Shown: one piece after another, positions 12,301-24,366 of the stretch | Numbering within the stretch: the stretch's first letter is position 1 | Layout of the letters: every line of letters begins with the position of its first letter | Assembly: GCF_963676685.1 (NCBI RefSeq) | Contig: NC_092347.1 | Span: 99,076,001-99,140,000, forward strand | DNA: 64,000 nt | Source of the DNA: Mytilus edulis | Lineage: Eukaryota | Direction of reading: 5' to 3' | The notes under the pieces: generated by a model | What the model was told of the DNA's origin: nothing | Seen by the model: only the letters and a program-made list of their open reading frames with translations | Database searches by the model: none | Position numbers and translations under genes: made by a program

Positions 12301-12703
12301 AGCCGCATACTCAATATAGATTAACCGACCAAACTCTCGGTTAGCCGAGTGTCGGCCGTGAAATGAGAGTTTTGTTTAAGTCATATACTATATATGTATA
12401 CTACAGGAAGTTCACCATTCGATGTTGTAAACTAATTGTTTTTTTAATTTTTAATAGATATTAATCCCATTTTTTTTTTAAAGTTAGGAGTTAAACAAAT
12501 TTACAATCGGTATATTCTCATCATCGACGACATCTTATGCTAGTTTTTCTAACGAATTCTGTTATAGTTGATATCAAAATAATGAAGTGAATGTCAACAA
12601 AATGGGAAAAGATGTAGGCTTTAATTGATTATATTTGTAAACTGTAAAGATATTTCCTTATTTATAAGTTAACAAAAGGTTTTATTATTTTACAGGATAT
12701 TAG
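6337..12703 (+). CDS. Gene B: 115-aa secreted precursor without the expanded repeat (coding exons 6337-6535, 7285-7425, 12696-12703)
   Basis: All introns are phase-1 GT-AG. Protein: MNTLVCVVMLAVLVTLATA-NSYNQRSWGSQGSRVLGSRWNSRQLNNGWNSGWNGGRLSGGLNGGYRRHKR-AATYDPYRSSHFDSGLGRFDRWGINSGRRSNLGWGSNSGWSQQGY*. The last exon is identified by homology to paralog last exons (ttttacag|..tatt ... cgtagatttt..AATAAA at 12771). Confidence 0.85.
8383..9035. mobile_element. PIF/Harbinger-like MITE nested in a retrozyme-like repeat; itself contains a common repeat at ~8533-8812
   Basis: TTA TSD at 8380-8382 and 9036-9038; imperfect ~26-bp TIR tgccggcatcacacattggcgtatag / ctatacgctgatgtgtgacgccggta. The host repeat (gattacctta|g.tgt) resumes after it. 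Confidence 0.7.
9089..11501. mobile_element. Kolobok-like non-autonomous DNA transposon nested in the same host repeat
   Basis: TTAA TSD at 9085-9088 and 11502-11505; 18-bp TIR ggacatccgatacagttt / aaactgtatcggatgccc with 1 mismatch. GG termini fit Kolobok rather than piggyBac (CC). Confidence 0.7.
11516..11557 (+). ncRNA. Minimal hammerhead ribozyme (intact core), sense strand in gene B intron 3
   Basis: cgtca-CTGATGA-gttt(ttcgt)agac-GAAA-cgcgt-GTC-tggcg. Confidence 0.72.
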
Positions 12704-15114
12704 GAAAGCCGAGGACACAAGGAGTACATTTCAAGATATGAACAATCATCCGTAGATTTTTACTTTTTTTAATAAAAATTGTGAATTTACTTCCTTTTAT
12801 AAAAATGAATATGCATGTGTAAATATAAAAAAAAAGATGTGGTATGATTGCCAATGCGACAACTGTCCACAAGATACCAAAATGACACAGACATATACAA
12901 ATATAGGTCAACAGCCTTCAACAATGAGCAAAGCCCATGGCGCATAGTCAGCAGTTAGTAATTTCAAACCTCTAGAAGAAGGGGTAAACTGTAGAAATTT
13001 TAGAACAGGCTCACATTGACAGTTTATAACATCCTAACATTTATTATTTTGTTATAGCGCTTTCATGAGTTTACATTCACAAGCATCGATCATGACTATA
13101 ACACATGGGGGACAAAGGTGTTAGGGAATATGGTCATTCTTATATTATCCCAAATTCATGTATTCAGTTATGATGTTATATTTGTTATTCTCATCGGATT
13201 TTGTCTAATGCTAAGTTCGTTTCTGAGTGTGTTACATTTTTATGTTGTGTCGTCATTCTCTTATATTTAATGCGTTTCCCTCGGTTTTGGTTTGTGACCC
13301 AGATTTAGATGTTTTTCTATCGATTTATGAGTTTTGAACAATGGTATACTACTGTTGCCTTTATTTATGCGGGTATATCAAGCTCATTGTAAACAGTTAA
13401 AGAGTAGACCTTAAAAAAAGCATTCAAGTCAACTTTGAGTAAGGCATCAGTTTTTATAATAATTCATCAATAGAGTTGCAAATATAGGTTTCTGAACATG
13501 TATGTACCTACGCAATGACCAGTAGGCTACTTATACCAAGTTGGGACTTACAGTCTACCAGCGGTGCAATCGATCTTATGAAAATATCTTATATTATTTT
13601 TTGCATCTAACGCTCTTTCCCTTGTAAAAGAAGGACGATAGATACCAGAGAAACAGTCAAACTCATAGATCAAAAATAAACTGACAACGACAGGGCTGAA
13701 AATGAAACACAAACAGACAAATAATAGTATACATAATACACAACATAGAAAACTAAATACTAAGCGACACAAACCCCACCAAAAACTTGGGATGATCTCA
13801 GGTGCTACGGTAGGATCAACACATTCTGCTATAAATTGGCACCCGCCGTGTTATTACAAACCCAGTAAATAGTGTAGGGATACCAAAGGGACATTTAAAT
13901 TCATAATTCGAAAATGAATGTAATTTTAGAGTATCAATTTTTTCCAACTCTGCCACACAAGGGGAGACAAATCAAATAAAGGCAATTTTACAATAGAATT
14001 TGTTAGGAACTAACCTATTTTCAAGTCAGGAATATGACAGTTGTTATCCATTCGTTTGATGTGTTTTGACTTTTGATTTTGCCTTTTGATTTTTGATTTT
14101 CCTTTTTGAATTTTCCTCGGAGTTCAGTATTTTTGTGTTTTTACTTTTTATTATGTAGCAATACAACGGGTCTCGTGATTCCTTTTTTATTTTCTTATCT
14201 GGAACCCTAACATTAGAGCTATCTTCTCATATTTTATCTCATAATTCAATTGTGTTGTTTTCGTTTTCTTGCAGAAAATTGGGTTTTTCATGCATGATCT
14301 ATACAAAATCTGTCAATTTCAATTGTGCTTAACCTGTAGCGTAAAAATAAGTCTCATGACCAATTATTTATATTATTTTTTTTAAATACGTGACATAAAC
14401 TACGTTTTGCAAATTATTAAAAAAATCTATGGATTATAATTTAGATACCCCATCTACCTAAAGACTGTTTCCACTGTTTTAATCTATTGTTCTTATGTTG
14501 TACTGTCCCCGGTTATGGGAGGGTTGATATCTCGCCAACATGTTTAACCCCGCTACACTCTTTATGTATGAGCCTGTCCAAAGACAGTAGCTTGTAAATC
14601 AGTATTTGTGGTTCGTAGATGTGTTACATATTTGTCTTTCGTTCATTTGTTTTACCATAAAATTAGGACGTACGTTTTCTTGTTTGAATTGTTTTACTTA
14701 ATCATTTTCTGGACTTTTATAGCTGACTATTCGGTATGGGCCCTGCTTATTGCGTAAGTTGTGTAAAATATAATTAAAAAACCTCTATGTATGTTTTCTG
14801 CGTCTGAAGTGTGTTTACGGATCCGCCTTAATACGGACGTTCATGGCGAATATTTAAAAGCCAATAATGTATACATCTACATCTGTAGACCTATATGTAT
14901 ATGACCAAGAGGGTAAAAATGAAATCATAAAAATATGTACACTATGTTGTACATATGATCCAGTCTTCTTTCCCAAAATGTTACCTAACGAATAACGTAA
15001 TCATCAGGTTGTACTTAGATGAGCAGCAGAAAGGTTGCGACTTGAATCTGATTACCCTTCCGAACACTTTATATTAGGTACATTTAAAAATTTGGAATTC
15101 TAAACAAATGATCA

Positions 15115-15172
15115 TTTGATATTAAGTTTATGTAAACTTTGTAAAAATAACGATGTATCAAATGGTTATTAT
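15115..15172 (-). pseudogene. Relic of the last (TM4/stop) exon of the nAChR-like gene
   Basis: About 58 nt align to ~54106-54163 with 6 mismatches by my count. Translates IITI*YIVIFTKFT* versus ILTIGCIVIFTNFT*. Confidence 0.7.
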
Positions 15173-15469
15173 GAAATTAAATTTGAAAGAGGGCTACTGT
15201 ACACAAGCCAGCTATTAACCCAAGAGTTCCAAATCGTGATTTTGTTTTCTTTTTAGCAAAGGTGTTTACAGTTTATTTTTGATCTTTGAGTTTGACCTTC
15301 CATCTTGTATGTTTTGGCCCTCTTGGATATTTATATAAATTTACTTTGATGGTTGATACTTTTGTATATTAAAATATGAATAAACATATGTTTATGATTC
15401 AAAAGATTTATATTTTTAAGTTAATACTTCAGTTTTATCATGTACATCTTTTGAATACTCATTTTATAA

Positions 15470-16225
15470 AATTTACTGTTTGCAAAAGTATAAATTATTC
15501 TAAATTATAGGGATTTTCTGGTAACTAACAGAAAACCCTTGCCGTTTTTGGCACAACCTTTTTGATCTTTTGGTCCTCGATGCTGTTCAACTTTGTACTC
15601 GTTTCGGCTTTCAAACTTTTGTATCTGGGCGTCACACGTAGTTCTTGTGTGGACAACATACACTTCTGGCGTATTAAAATTTTGAACTTGTTGCCTTTTG
15701 TTGGCTGTTGTTCTTGTGATTCTTTGTCAATTGTGTTATCCAATTTATTTATATTGTAGTCCTGTGTTGTCATTTTGATGTTATATTTCACATGGCCATA
15801 AAAGTGCAAGGTTTGGCATGCCACAAAACCAGGTTCAACCCACCATTTTTTCCTTTAAAAATGCCCTGTACCAAGTCAGGAATATGGCCATTGTTATATT
15901 ATAGTTCGTTTCTGTGTGTATTACATTATAACGTTGTGTCGTTTGTTTTCTCTTATTTTTTAGTGTAAATTCACATTGCGATAAGACGTGTCACGGTACT
16001 TGTCTATCCCAAATTCATGTCTTTGGTTTTGATGTCATATATATATATGTTATATTTGTTATTCTCATGGGATTTTGTCTATGTGTGTTACATTTTAGTG
16101 TTATGTCGTTGTTCTCCTCTTATATTTAATGCGTTTCCCTCGGTTTTAGTTTGTTACCCCGATTTTGTTTTTTGTCCATGGATTTATGAGTTTTGAACAG
16201 CGGTATACTACTGTTGCCTTTATTT
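15470..16225 (-). repeat. Long copy of an abundant interspersed repeat (ATAAAGGCAACAGTAGTATACCGCTG family)
   Basis: Close reverse-complement match to 51496-52125. Fragments also at ~13150-13365, 20017-20125, 25225-25450, 31776-32080, 36180-36500 and 44376-44545. Confidence 0.75.
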
Positions 16226-16411
16226 ATTCTTATTTTAAAACGTGTGAATCCTTAGTATGATAGCAAATGAGACAACTATTCACCAAATATAAAGGAGAAA
16301 TGATAATAAAAAAACTCTACACCGTATAAACAGATATTTTATAAAATAAGTATAGAACTAATCATGATATGTATAAACTTATCATAGATACCAGGATTAC
16401 ACTTTATATTT

Positions 16412-16455
16412 ACGCCAGACACACGTTTCGTCTACAAAAGAATCTTCAGTGACGC
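16412..16455 (-). ncRNA. Hammerhead ribozyme copy, probably impaired
   Basis: Reverse complement gcgtca-CTGAAGA-ttct(tttgt)agac-GAAA-cgtgt-GTC-tggcgt; the first G-C pair of stem II is lost. Confidence 0.55.
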
Positions 16456-17987
16456 TCAAATCCAAAGACTTTAAAAAGGCCAAAGTATTTGTGTGATCTT
16501 TTTTTTCTTTATAAGTTTGATGTTCTGATTTTAGTGTCAGTAAAGCCGTGGACTTTCAAAGTTTAAGTAAAATTGAGAATAAAAATGGGGAATGTGCCAA
16601 AGCGAGAACGACCCGACCATAGAGCAGACAACAGCAGAAGGTCACCAACAGGTCTTCAATGTAACGAGAAATTCCCGCACCCGGAGGCGTCCTTCAGCTG
16701 GCCCCTTAACAAATATATACTAGTTCAGTGATAATGAACGCCATGCTAAACTCCAAATTGTACACAAGAAACTAAAAGTTAAAATAGTACAAGACTTACA
16801 CAGGCCAGAGGCTCCTGACTTGGGACAGGCGTAAAAATGCGGCGGGGTTAAACATGTTTGTGAGATCTCAATCCTCCCCCTATACCTCTAGCCAATGCAG
16901 AAAAGTAAACGCATAACAATACGCACATTGAAATTCAGTTCAAGAGAAATGTATATGTCACATTTTTATGTTTGATTTTTTGGGATATTTTTCAATACGT
17001 GTCGGCAATGGGTACCGTTTTTGTTCAGTTTGGTCATTTCCACTTAACTTCTAGTGAATTGTCTTCCGCAATGATATCTTGTTGTTCAGTTTTAGGTATA
17101 AGATATAGGAAGATGAAGAATAAATGCCAATGAGACAACTCTCCATTTAAGTCAAAATTTATAAAACTAAACCATTATAGGTCAAAGTACGGAATTGAAC
17201 ACGAAGCCTTTGGTCACACTGAACAGCAAGCGTCATTATTAATCCCGACATTATATTATACTTATATGGTAATTTTTTATAAGTTTTGACATTTCTTATT
17301 GCTAATGGGCTTTAACTATATCCACTAGTTTTTCTTTTTAATTGTTAGCATTGTTAAATGTTTTAATATAGATTAAGATAATAACACAATGTTGACTTCT
17401 GTATCCCTGGCTCAGTATTTAAACATGTTGCCATTATGTTATTGTGCTAAGGTTATTAGAATCTTAATTTACGGTTTGCTTTTGTAGTTTGTCTATAGAG
17501 TGTCTAGACGCTTTTATGTCTTTCGTTGTTTGTGGTTTTAAAAATAATAAGATTATAACACAATGCTGACTGCCGTGCCATTTTTTTTATTCTTCATTTA
17601 AATATTACAAATTTTAGAACGTGCCACCTTTGCCTGTGACATTATTCATTTTTGTCATTCATTGTTGTATTGATTAATCCTTTCTAGATCGCTTTATTCT
17701 ACTTGTTTATATAAGTATTTGATTTGCATAAATATCTTTAAACAATTTAATCCTGATTTGTATTCTCTTTTGAATTGTGGTAAAACATAAAAGGTAGGGT
17801 AATACATTTCCACAATAAAACCAAATGTAACGCTTCAGTCACATGATGTTACAAGAATATTTAACGAAGGAAATATGTTGCTTATATTGTTTTATTTTAT
17901 TTTAAAAAAGTAATAAAATCTACGAATTGTAACGTTGTATGTACACATGATGTATGGTGGTCCCTTCAGTCCATCTCAGTTTAAATA

Positions 17988-19420
17988 TTCTGTAAAATAA
18001 AAACAGATGACTTATTAAATCAGAAAAAAAACATAACTTGATTAATAATAACTTTATTTCTATGACATTATGTTTGTTTAATGTACCGAGTTGGTACATT
18101 TTATCTTATACCGTTTGAAAATTTTGTATTCCCCGTTTGTGATCCATATTGTGCACTTTTTACTTGTTTATAAATAAATATCAGAATTATATCAAGCTTA
18201 ACTACTATTTATGTGGCATTTATAAACATACATACTATATGTAAATGTTAACGTGCTTGTTGATAAAAATATATTTAGAATAGTCTTACGCTACATTCCT
18301 TATGGCAACATACTTAAATTTGAAGTTTTCACAAAATCATATAAAACCCAGAAGGCGGAAGCATATTTTAATTGATTTAGAAGTAAGTACTTACACCATT
18401 GTGAATTATATCTTAAGTTTGATCTCCATCCTGAATTGCCACCCAATCTATTAAATCGTCCACTGTTAAAATTATTACGGATACTTCCTCTGTTTCCTCT
18501 GTATGAATTACGTGGCCTGTGAACAGCTGATCTTCTAGATCTGTATTCTACAAAAACAAATAATTTTAAAATAATCGTTTTATCTATTGATCTCCTACAA
18601 ATATGTTTAAAAAGCAACAAATGCTTGATCTTTACAAATTTTTACAGATTTATTATCTATTTAATATAAAGTTTTAGTTGTTTGTGAGCAATGTAGATTC
18701 GCAGAACCAATGACTGTTCTAAGTCTTTAGTGAATAAGTCCCAATATTATAGAAAAAAAAACATATACATGTGCATGTAAAAACATATTTATTGTTGTTC
18801 CGTGTCTTCGTACTATTACAGTTGACGTGATTCCCTAGAATTACAGGTTTTAACCCGTGTTTATGTTCATTTAATTGATTTTTGATTTTTGACTATTGCA
18901 CAGCTTTATTTATTTTTATCAATATTGAATATCAATGAACTCATTTAAAAGTAAATATTCCTAATGTCTTACGTCTTTTTCCAGTATCTAAAGCTCCATT
19001 CTGATGTCCCTTATTCAATCTTCCGGTCAATTGTCCATCATTCCATCTTCCGGTCAATTGTCCGTCATTCAATCTTCCGGTCAATTGTCCGTCATTCAAT
19101 CTTCCGGTCAAATGTCCGTCATTCAATATTCCGTTCAAATGTCCGTCATTCAATCTGCCGTTCAAATGTCCGTTATTCAATCTTCCTGTCAATTGTCCGT
19201 CATTCCATCTTCCGGTCAATTGTCCGTCATTCCATCTTCCGCTCAATTGTCCATCATTCAATCCACTGTTAAGATGTTCATTATTCCAATCTCCGTTAAG
19301 TCTAGATCCCCTCAATCCTAATGATCTCCGAGTTGACGGAATGGTGTCGCTTTGATATACACGAGCTGAGCATAAAGTTACAACAGCAGCAAGTCCAATG
19401 ATTACTGATAACATATTCAT
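17988..19420 (-). CDS. Gene C: 200-aa secreted repeat precursor with 9 nonapeptides (coding exons 19420-18973, 18547-18395, 17989-17988)
   Basis: Signal MNMLSVIIGLAAVVTLCSA, then 9x(L/W)N(D/N)G(Q/H)L(T/S/N)G(R/I), ...LDTGKR, then exon 3 QYRSRR-SAVHRPRNSYRGNRGSIRNNFNSGRFNRLGGNSGWRSNLRYNSQW. Stop T|AA is split by the last intron. Canonical splice sites. Confidence 0.88.
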
Positions 19421-20264
19421 GATTCTGAGGGAGAAAAATAACTGATTATTCTAAAACTATCTGATTCAAAGCTTCAAAATGTACGCAAAATTAGATACTG
19501 TAGAATTCAAACAATTATGTCAGAAAAATTAGAACCAAACTGTACCAATAATACTACATTGATGTTATCCATCCGTTTGGTGCATTTTATCATTTGATTT
19601 TGCCATTTGAATTTTAGTGAATTTCTGTTGTAGAATATTCCTCGGAGTTCAGTATTTTTTGTGATTTTTCTTTTTGTTCAGAAACATAACCAGTCAAAAC
19701 AGATAATGATAAATAATATGTAGATATTTATCAAATGCAGTGCATTCAATTGTTAGCACTTGACTATGATTTAAAATTATAGATTTTTTTTTTTTAATTC
19801 AACCTTGCAATGACATGTAGAGTTAATATCAAATTTTTTTAGTCGCATTGGTTCTAGTTTGATATCCATTAGTGACAATTATGTTTTGTCGATCTAAATA
19901 TTCTTAAGAGAGTAATTCTAGTGAGATACGGTGCCCAGACACTACACAAAACATTAATAAAAAACAATTACCGTTAAATTCGATGTTTTCCTTATTAGAC
20001 CAACATTTGTGTTTGAATAAAGGCAACAGTAGTATATAGCTGTTCGAAATTCATAAATTCATTGAGAAAAAACAAATCTGGGTTACAAACTAAAACTGAG
20101 GGAAACCCATCAAATATAAGAGGAAAATATTCCTAATGATTTCGATGAATTAAAACATAAAAATTATTTTTTATTGTCACAAATGTTAAAAAAATCAGTT
20201 TTGAAAAACAATATTTGATTAGTGAAATTCAAAATACAAGCTTGTAATTTACATAAAACTATAC

Positions 20265-20510
20265 CTGAAAATTCTTTCTTTTTAACGCTTTGCAGGCAAT
20301 AACATAAAACGAATATGGAAACATTGAGGAAAAATTCTTCTTTTATACGTATTGTAAAGAAGGAAATAGTGGTATTTTGAAATGTTTTAAAATGCAAATT
20401 ACATTAAAAAAAAACACATAAATTTGATTGAAACATTCGCAGGTTGTAAAGTTAACCACACTGACCTATATGTCAATCTCATTAGCTTAATGTCAGAACA
20501 GGTAACAGCC
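20265..20510 (-). promoter_or_regulatory. Gene C non-coding exon 1 and promoter
   Basis: Donor CAG|GTATAG at 20265/20264; TATAAAA at 20347-20341; TTTCCTT upstream; conserved CTGACATTAAGCTAAT...GACATATAGGTCA block. Confidence 0.7.
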
Positions 20511-20776
20511 TTTGGTATTCTCAATTGTTTTTACACAATAACTGATATATCATTATCAGTTTAGTATGCATAGTTTGTTTGTGACATTGTTACGCTGTGT
20601 TACGTCATTACTGAATGCGAAATATACATTTAACTTTTGCTTAAATTTATGTGTTTGGAAATGAACTCATCAATATATGAACTTGAACTAAAATTATTAT
20701 GAGAGATTTTATTTAAAATTGTTTTCGATACAAATGCAATAGTTTTCTATGTCTTCATCAGTGCATTTCATTTAGG

Positions 20777-21741
20777 TATAGCATCATCAATGCCATCAAT
20801 GTAAGGTCTACATCGATTTATTACAACTCATTCAGTTATAGCATCACCCATGACATCAATGTAAGGTCTACATGACTACAACTTATTCGGTTATAGCATC
20901 ACCTATGACATCAATGTAAGGTCTACATCACTACAACTTATTCGGTTATAGCATCATCCATGACATCAATGTAAGGTCTACATCACTACAACTTATTCAG
21001 TTATAGCATCACCCATGACATCAATGCAAGGTCTACATCACTATGACTTATTCGGTTATAGCATCACCTATGACATCAATGTAAGGTCTACATCACTACG
21101 ACTTATACGGTTATAGCATCACCCATGACATCAATGTAAGGTCGACATCACTACGACTTATTCAGTTATAGCATCACCCATAACATCAATGTAATGTCTA
21201 CATCACTACAACTCATTCGATTATAGCATCACCAATGACATCAATGTAAGGTCTACATCACTACGACTTATTCGGTTATAGCATCACCCATGACACCAAT
21301 GTAATGTCTACATCACAACAACTTATTCAGTTATAGCATCATCCATGACATCAATGTAAGGTCTACATCACTACGACTTATTCAGTTATAGCATCACCCA
21401 TGACACCAATGTAATGTCTACATCACTACGACTTATTCAGTTATAGCATCACCCATAACATCAATGTAAGGTCTACATCACTATGACTTATTCGGTTATA
21501 GCATCACCCATAACATCAATGTAAGGTCTACATCACAACAACTTATTCGGTTATAGCATCATCAATGACACCAAGGGAATGTCTACATCACTACAACTTA
21601 TTCAGTTATAGCATCACCCATGACACCAAGGGAATGTCTACATCACTACAACTTATTCGGTTATAGCATCACCCATGACACCAAGGGAATGTCTACATCA
21701 CTACAACTTATTCGGTTATAGCATCACCCATGACATCAATG
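20777..21741. repeat. 55-bp minisatellite, about 17.5 copies
   Basis: Unit gttatagcatcacccatgacatcaatgtaaggtctacatcactacaacttattcg starts at 20835, 20890, 20945, 21000 and onward. Confidence 0.95.
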
Positions 21742-23089
21742 AAATCAATAGAATCCGCAGTATTATACGCGTTGTAATCAATTTCTATATACGAACTAAT
21801 GTTATGATATTTGTGAATATCACTTGAGTTCCTTGATTAATTTAAAACAGATAATACAATATCTTAAATACCAGGAAATCGAATTATGACTTTTGAACAT
21901 CAATATAGTATGGTGATTTTGTACCTGAGACCGATGATAATAATAAATTTCTTCAAAATTCTATTTACGATTCATAGATAAGGTTTTATATTCCCCTCGC
22001 TTTTGTCTTGGAGATACCTGTTTACAGTTCACAGATCTATTAAAGGTCATATCATCTTTATACTTTACGTTAGACAAGAAACAACATATCTTATTAGACT
22101 GTGTTACCGAAATATTTTCAAAAGCTGTCATTAAAATTTCTCATACTAGTTTGAAGAGTCTCCCGCGTACACTCCCGCGTACGTGACACCACATGACATA
22201 TTTTGAAAGATTTTTAAAAAATCATTTGCTATTAAACCTCATTATTGATGGCATTGTTTCCTTTACAATACATTTTGAAATTAGATAACCAAGACTCTGA
22301 ACGCAGTGAAAAAACAATGTTTACTACGTCATAGATCAAAAAAATAAAACGAAAAAACAGGTGTTTAATATCAAGAAAAAAATTGCAAATAACACGTTTC
22401 ATAATTCCATGCGTCCGAATAGCTTATCTGGATTTATCTTCAACAGGAACACTAAAATCCGAGGATATATAAGTACCGAAGCCGCTGAAGAACTATATGA
22501 CAAAAATACCTTAAACGAATAGCCAAATTCATCTAAAGTCAACTTTGCCTGCGGGAGTTGAAACCTTCGTTTTTTAGTAATTTCAAAATTCGACAGATAA
22601 CTCGTCTCGGAATACTGTTTGAAGAGTCACACAATGAGTATTACAGTTACAAATAGAACTTAAGAGAGGTGTAGTAGAACAAACAGAAAGTATAATCTCA
22701 AAACAAAATACTCTTTAAATAATGAAAACAATAATTTTTAAATTTTATAAGTCTGAAGCCCTTGTCTTGATTAACCTTTATCGGAACGCTTGATTCTGAA
22801 TATTTTAAAGCTCATCATGTTCGAGAATCAACACAGTTGCAAAGCTCTATGACAAACAGCATTCCAAACAAATAGTTAAATCCATCAAAGATCGATTATT
22901 CCCTGGGGAGTTGCAACCGTATTTTCGACCACGTACGAACGATCACTTGTACTTAGGGTTTGGTTATAAATAGCAGAACTACACTACTTCCTACTAAGCT
23001 AATTGATACACTCGGAGGTTAATTGACCACCAGCAGCGGAATTGACCAAATGATGTATTACACAAAGACAACACTTCATTGTACATTTT

Positions 23090-23364
23090 ATACGTCGGAA
23101 GCACAAGTGTACATGTGTACAAACTACTGACTCGGACATCGACCATTATTTAAAGATCCGACACAAGTGTTATCATGAACACGGTATCGTCTGAAATGGC
23201 AGTTATCCACTTATAACCAGACATGCCTTCATACGTCGGAAGCACAAGTGTATATTTGTACAAAATACTGACTCGGACATCGACCATTGTGAAAAGATCC
23301 CACACAGATGTTATCATGAACACGATATCGTCTGAAATGGCAGGTGTTCTCTTATAACCAGACA
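23090..23364. repeat. 141-bp tandem duplication (2 copies)
   Basis: atacgtcggaagcacaagtg... at 23090 and 23231; only one copy at the inverted homologous site (~43145-43240). Confidence 0.8.
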
Positions 23365-23759
23365 TTCCAAATATCTAAAACATTCATACCATGAGCCATC
23401 TTTAGTTCTCCTTCTAGACATTTTGGCTTTTGGTGACTCTGAACAACACTGTCTCATCGGCCAATGATTGCACAAACTGTGAAATTTTATTTATAGATGC
23501 AAGTTTACTTAAACGTCTTGTTTTCCTAGAAGTTATTACCAATGTTATTTCAACTGATCGGGCGGAGTTTATGTTTTAATTTGCATAAGGACAGTATATT
23601 TGAAGATGTGTGTGATAAGGATGATTGCCGTTATAATTATTACTGATTTCTAATCACCTGTCAGTGTCATCAAATGAATTTACAAAACAATGATTGCACA
23701 CTTTATTGATGAGTTTATCCTAAAACACCTATGTTAAGATGAACTGGTTTATTATGAGC

Positions 23760-24085
23760 GAACCGGCTAGACTCCACCCAGTCAAGTGAAATAACTTGAG
23801 TAATACAATGATCTGAATTGCGGATTGGTATCCATCGGTGACACGAGGGGAAAGCTAAACAAACGTATGTGCCACCATATCATGCATTTACAACAGTGTA
23901 AGCATACTTTATTTTCCAGCATTGAGTCAGCCCGCTCATTCAATCCATTTTATAAAAGTTTACATCATGGAGAAACGATACCACGGGACTTACTATTAGT
24001 ATCTTCATCTTGCAACGCCTTTCCGTAGAAAAAAAAAAGAAGATTACTGGATTTACCAATTGGAAACTACGATACCATATGGTTG
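23760..24085 (+). mobile_element. Decayed GIY-YIG endonuclease fragment of a Penelope-like element
   Basis: SIGDTRGKLNKRMCHH (resembles YIGETxRxLxxRxxxH) and EDYWIYQLETTIPYG. Confidence 0.6.
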
Positions 24086-24366
24086 CTTTGGACAAAATGA
24101 TGACATAGGTACATTGTATTCCATCTAATACTTCCTGTTACTCGGTGAATGTGGTTAACATTTTCAGCTCTACTCATCGATGTCGACACAGTCATGTTTA
24201 TCGTTATTGTACACTACAAACTCTCCATGATGTCGATAGACATGACCGGAAGTCGTTTATACAAAAGTCGAAAGTTATTCATCACATTAGCACTACGCTT
24301 TATCTATCTTTTAAAACTTAATTATCTGTACAAAAAAAATAAAAACAACACGTTTAATTATTTCAT

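Larger units (their letters stand above)
7513..12360. mobile_element. Non-autonomous DNA transposon with 91-bp perfect TIRs (CACGGCC...) and a 5-bp TSD (Transib/RAG-like signature), in gene B intron 3
   Basis: 7513-7603 is the exact reverse complement of 12270-12360. AAATG is duplicated at 7508-7512 and 12361-12365. Subterminal TTAACAGACC repeats at ~11822-11875. No transposase ORF seen. Confidence 0.8.

Noticed and set aside
18964-19321. Antisense repetitive ORFs (SIFRSIVRH.., SSGQLSVIQ..), also at 39017-39375 and 48638-49004
   Set aside because: Shadows of the 27-bp coding repeat, which lacks stops in those frames; no signal peptide, splice or promoter support.
20777-21741. CRISPR-like array
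   Set aside because: Head-to-tail 55-bp units with no unique spacers, no cas genes, and a eukaryotic context.
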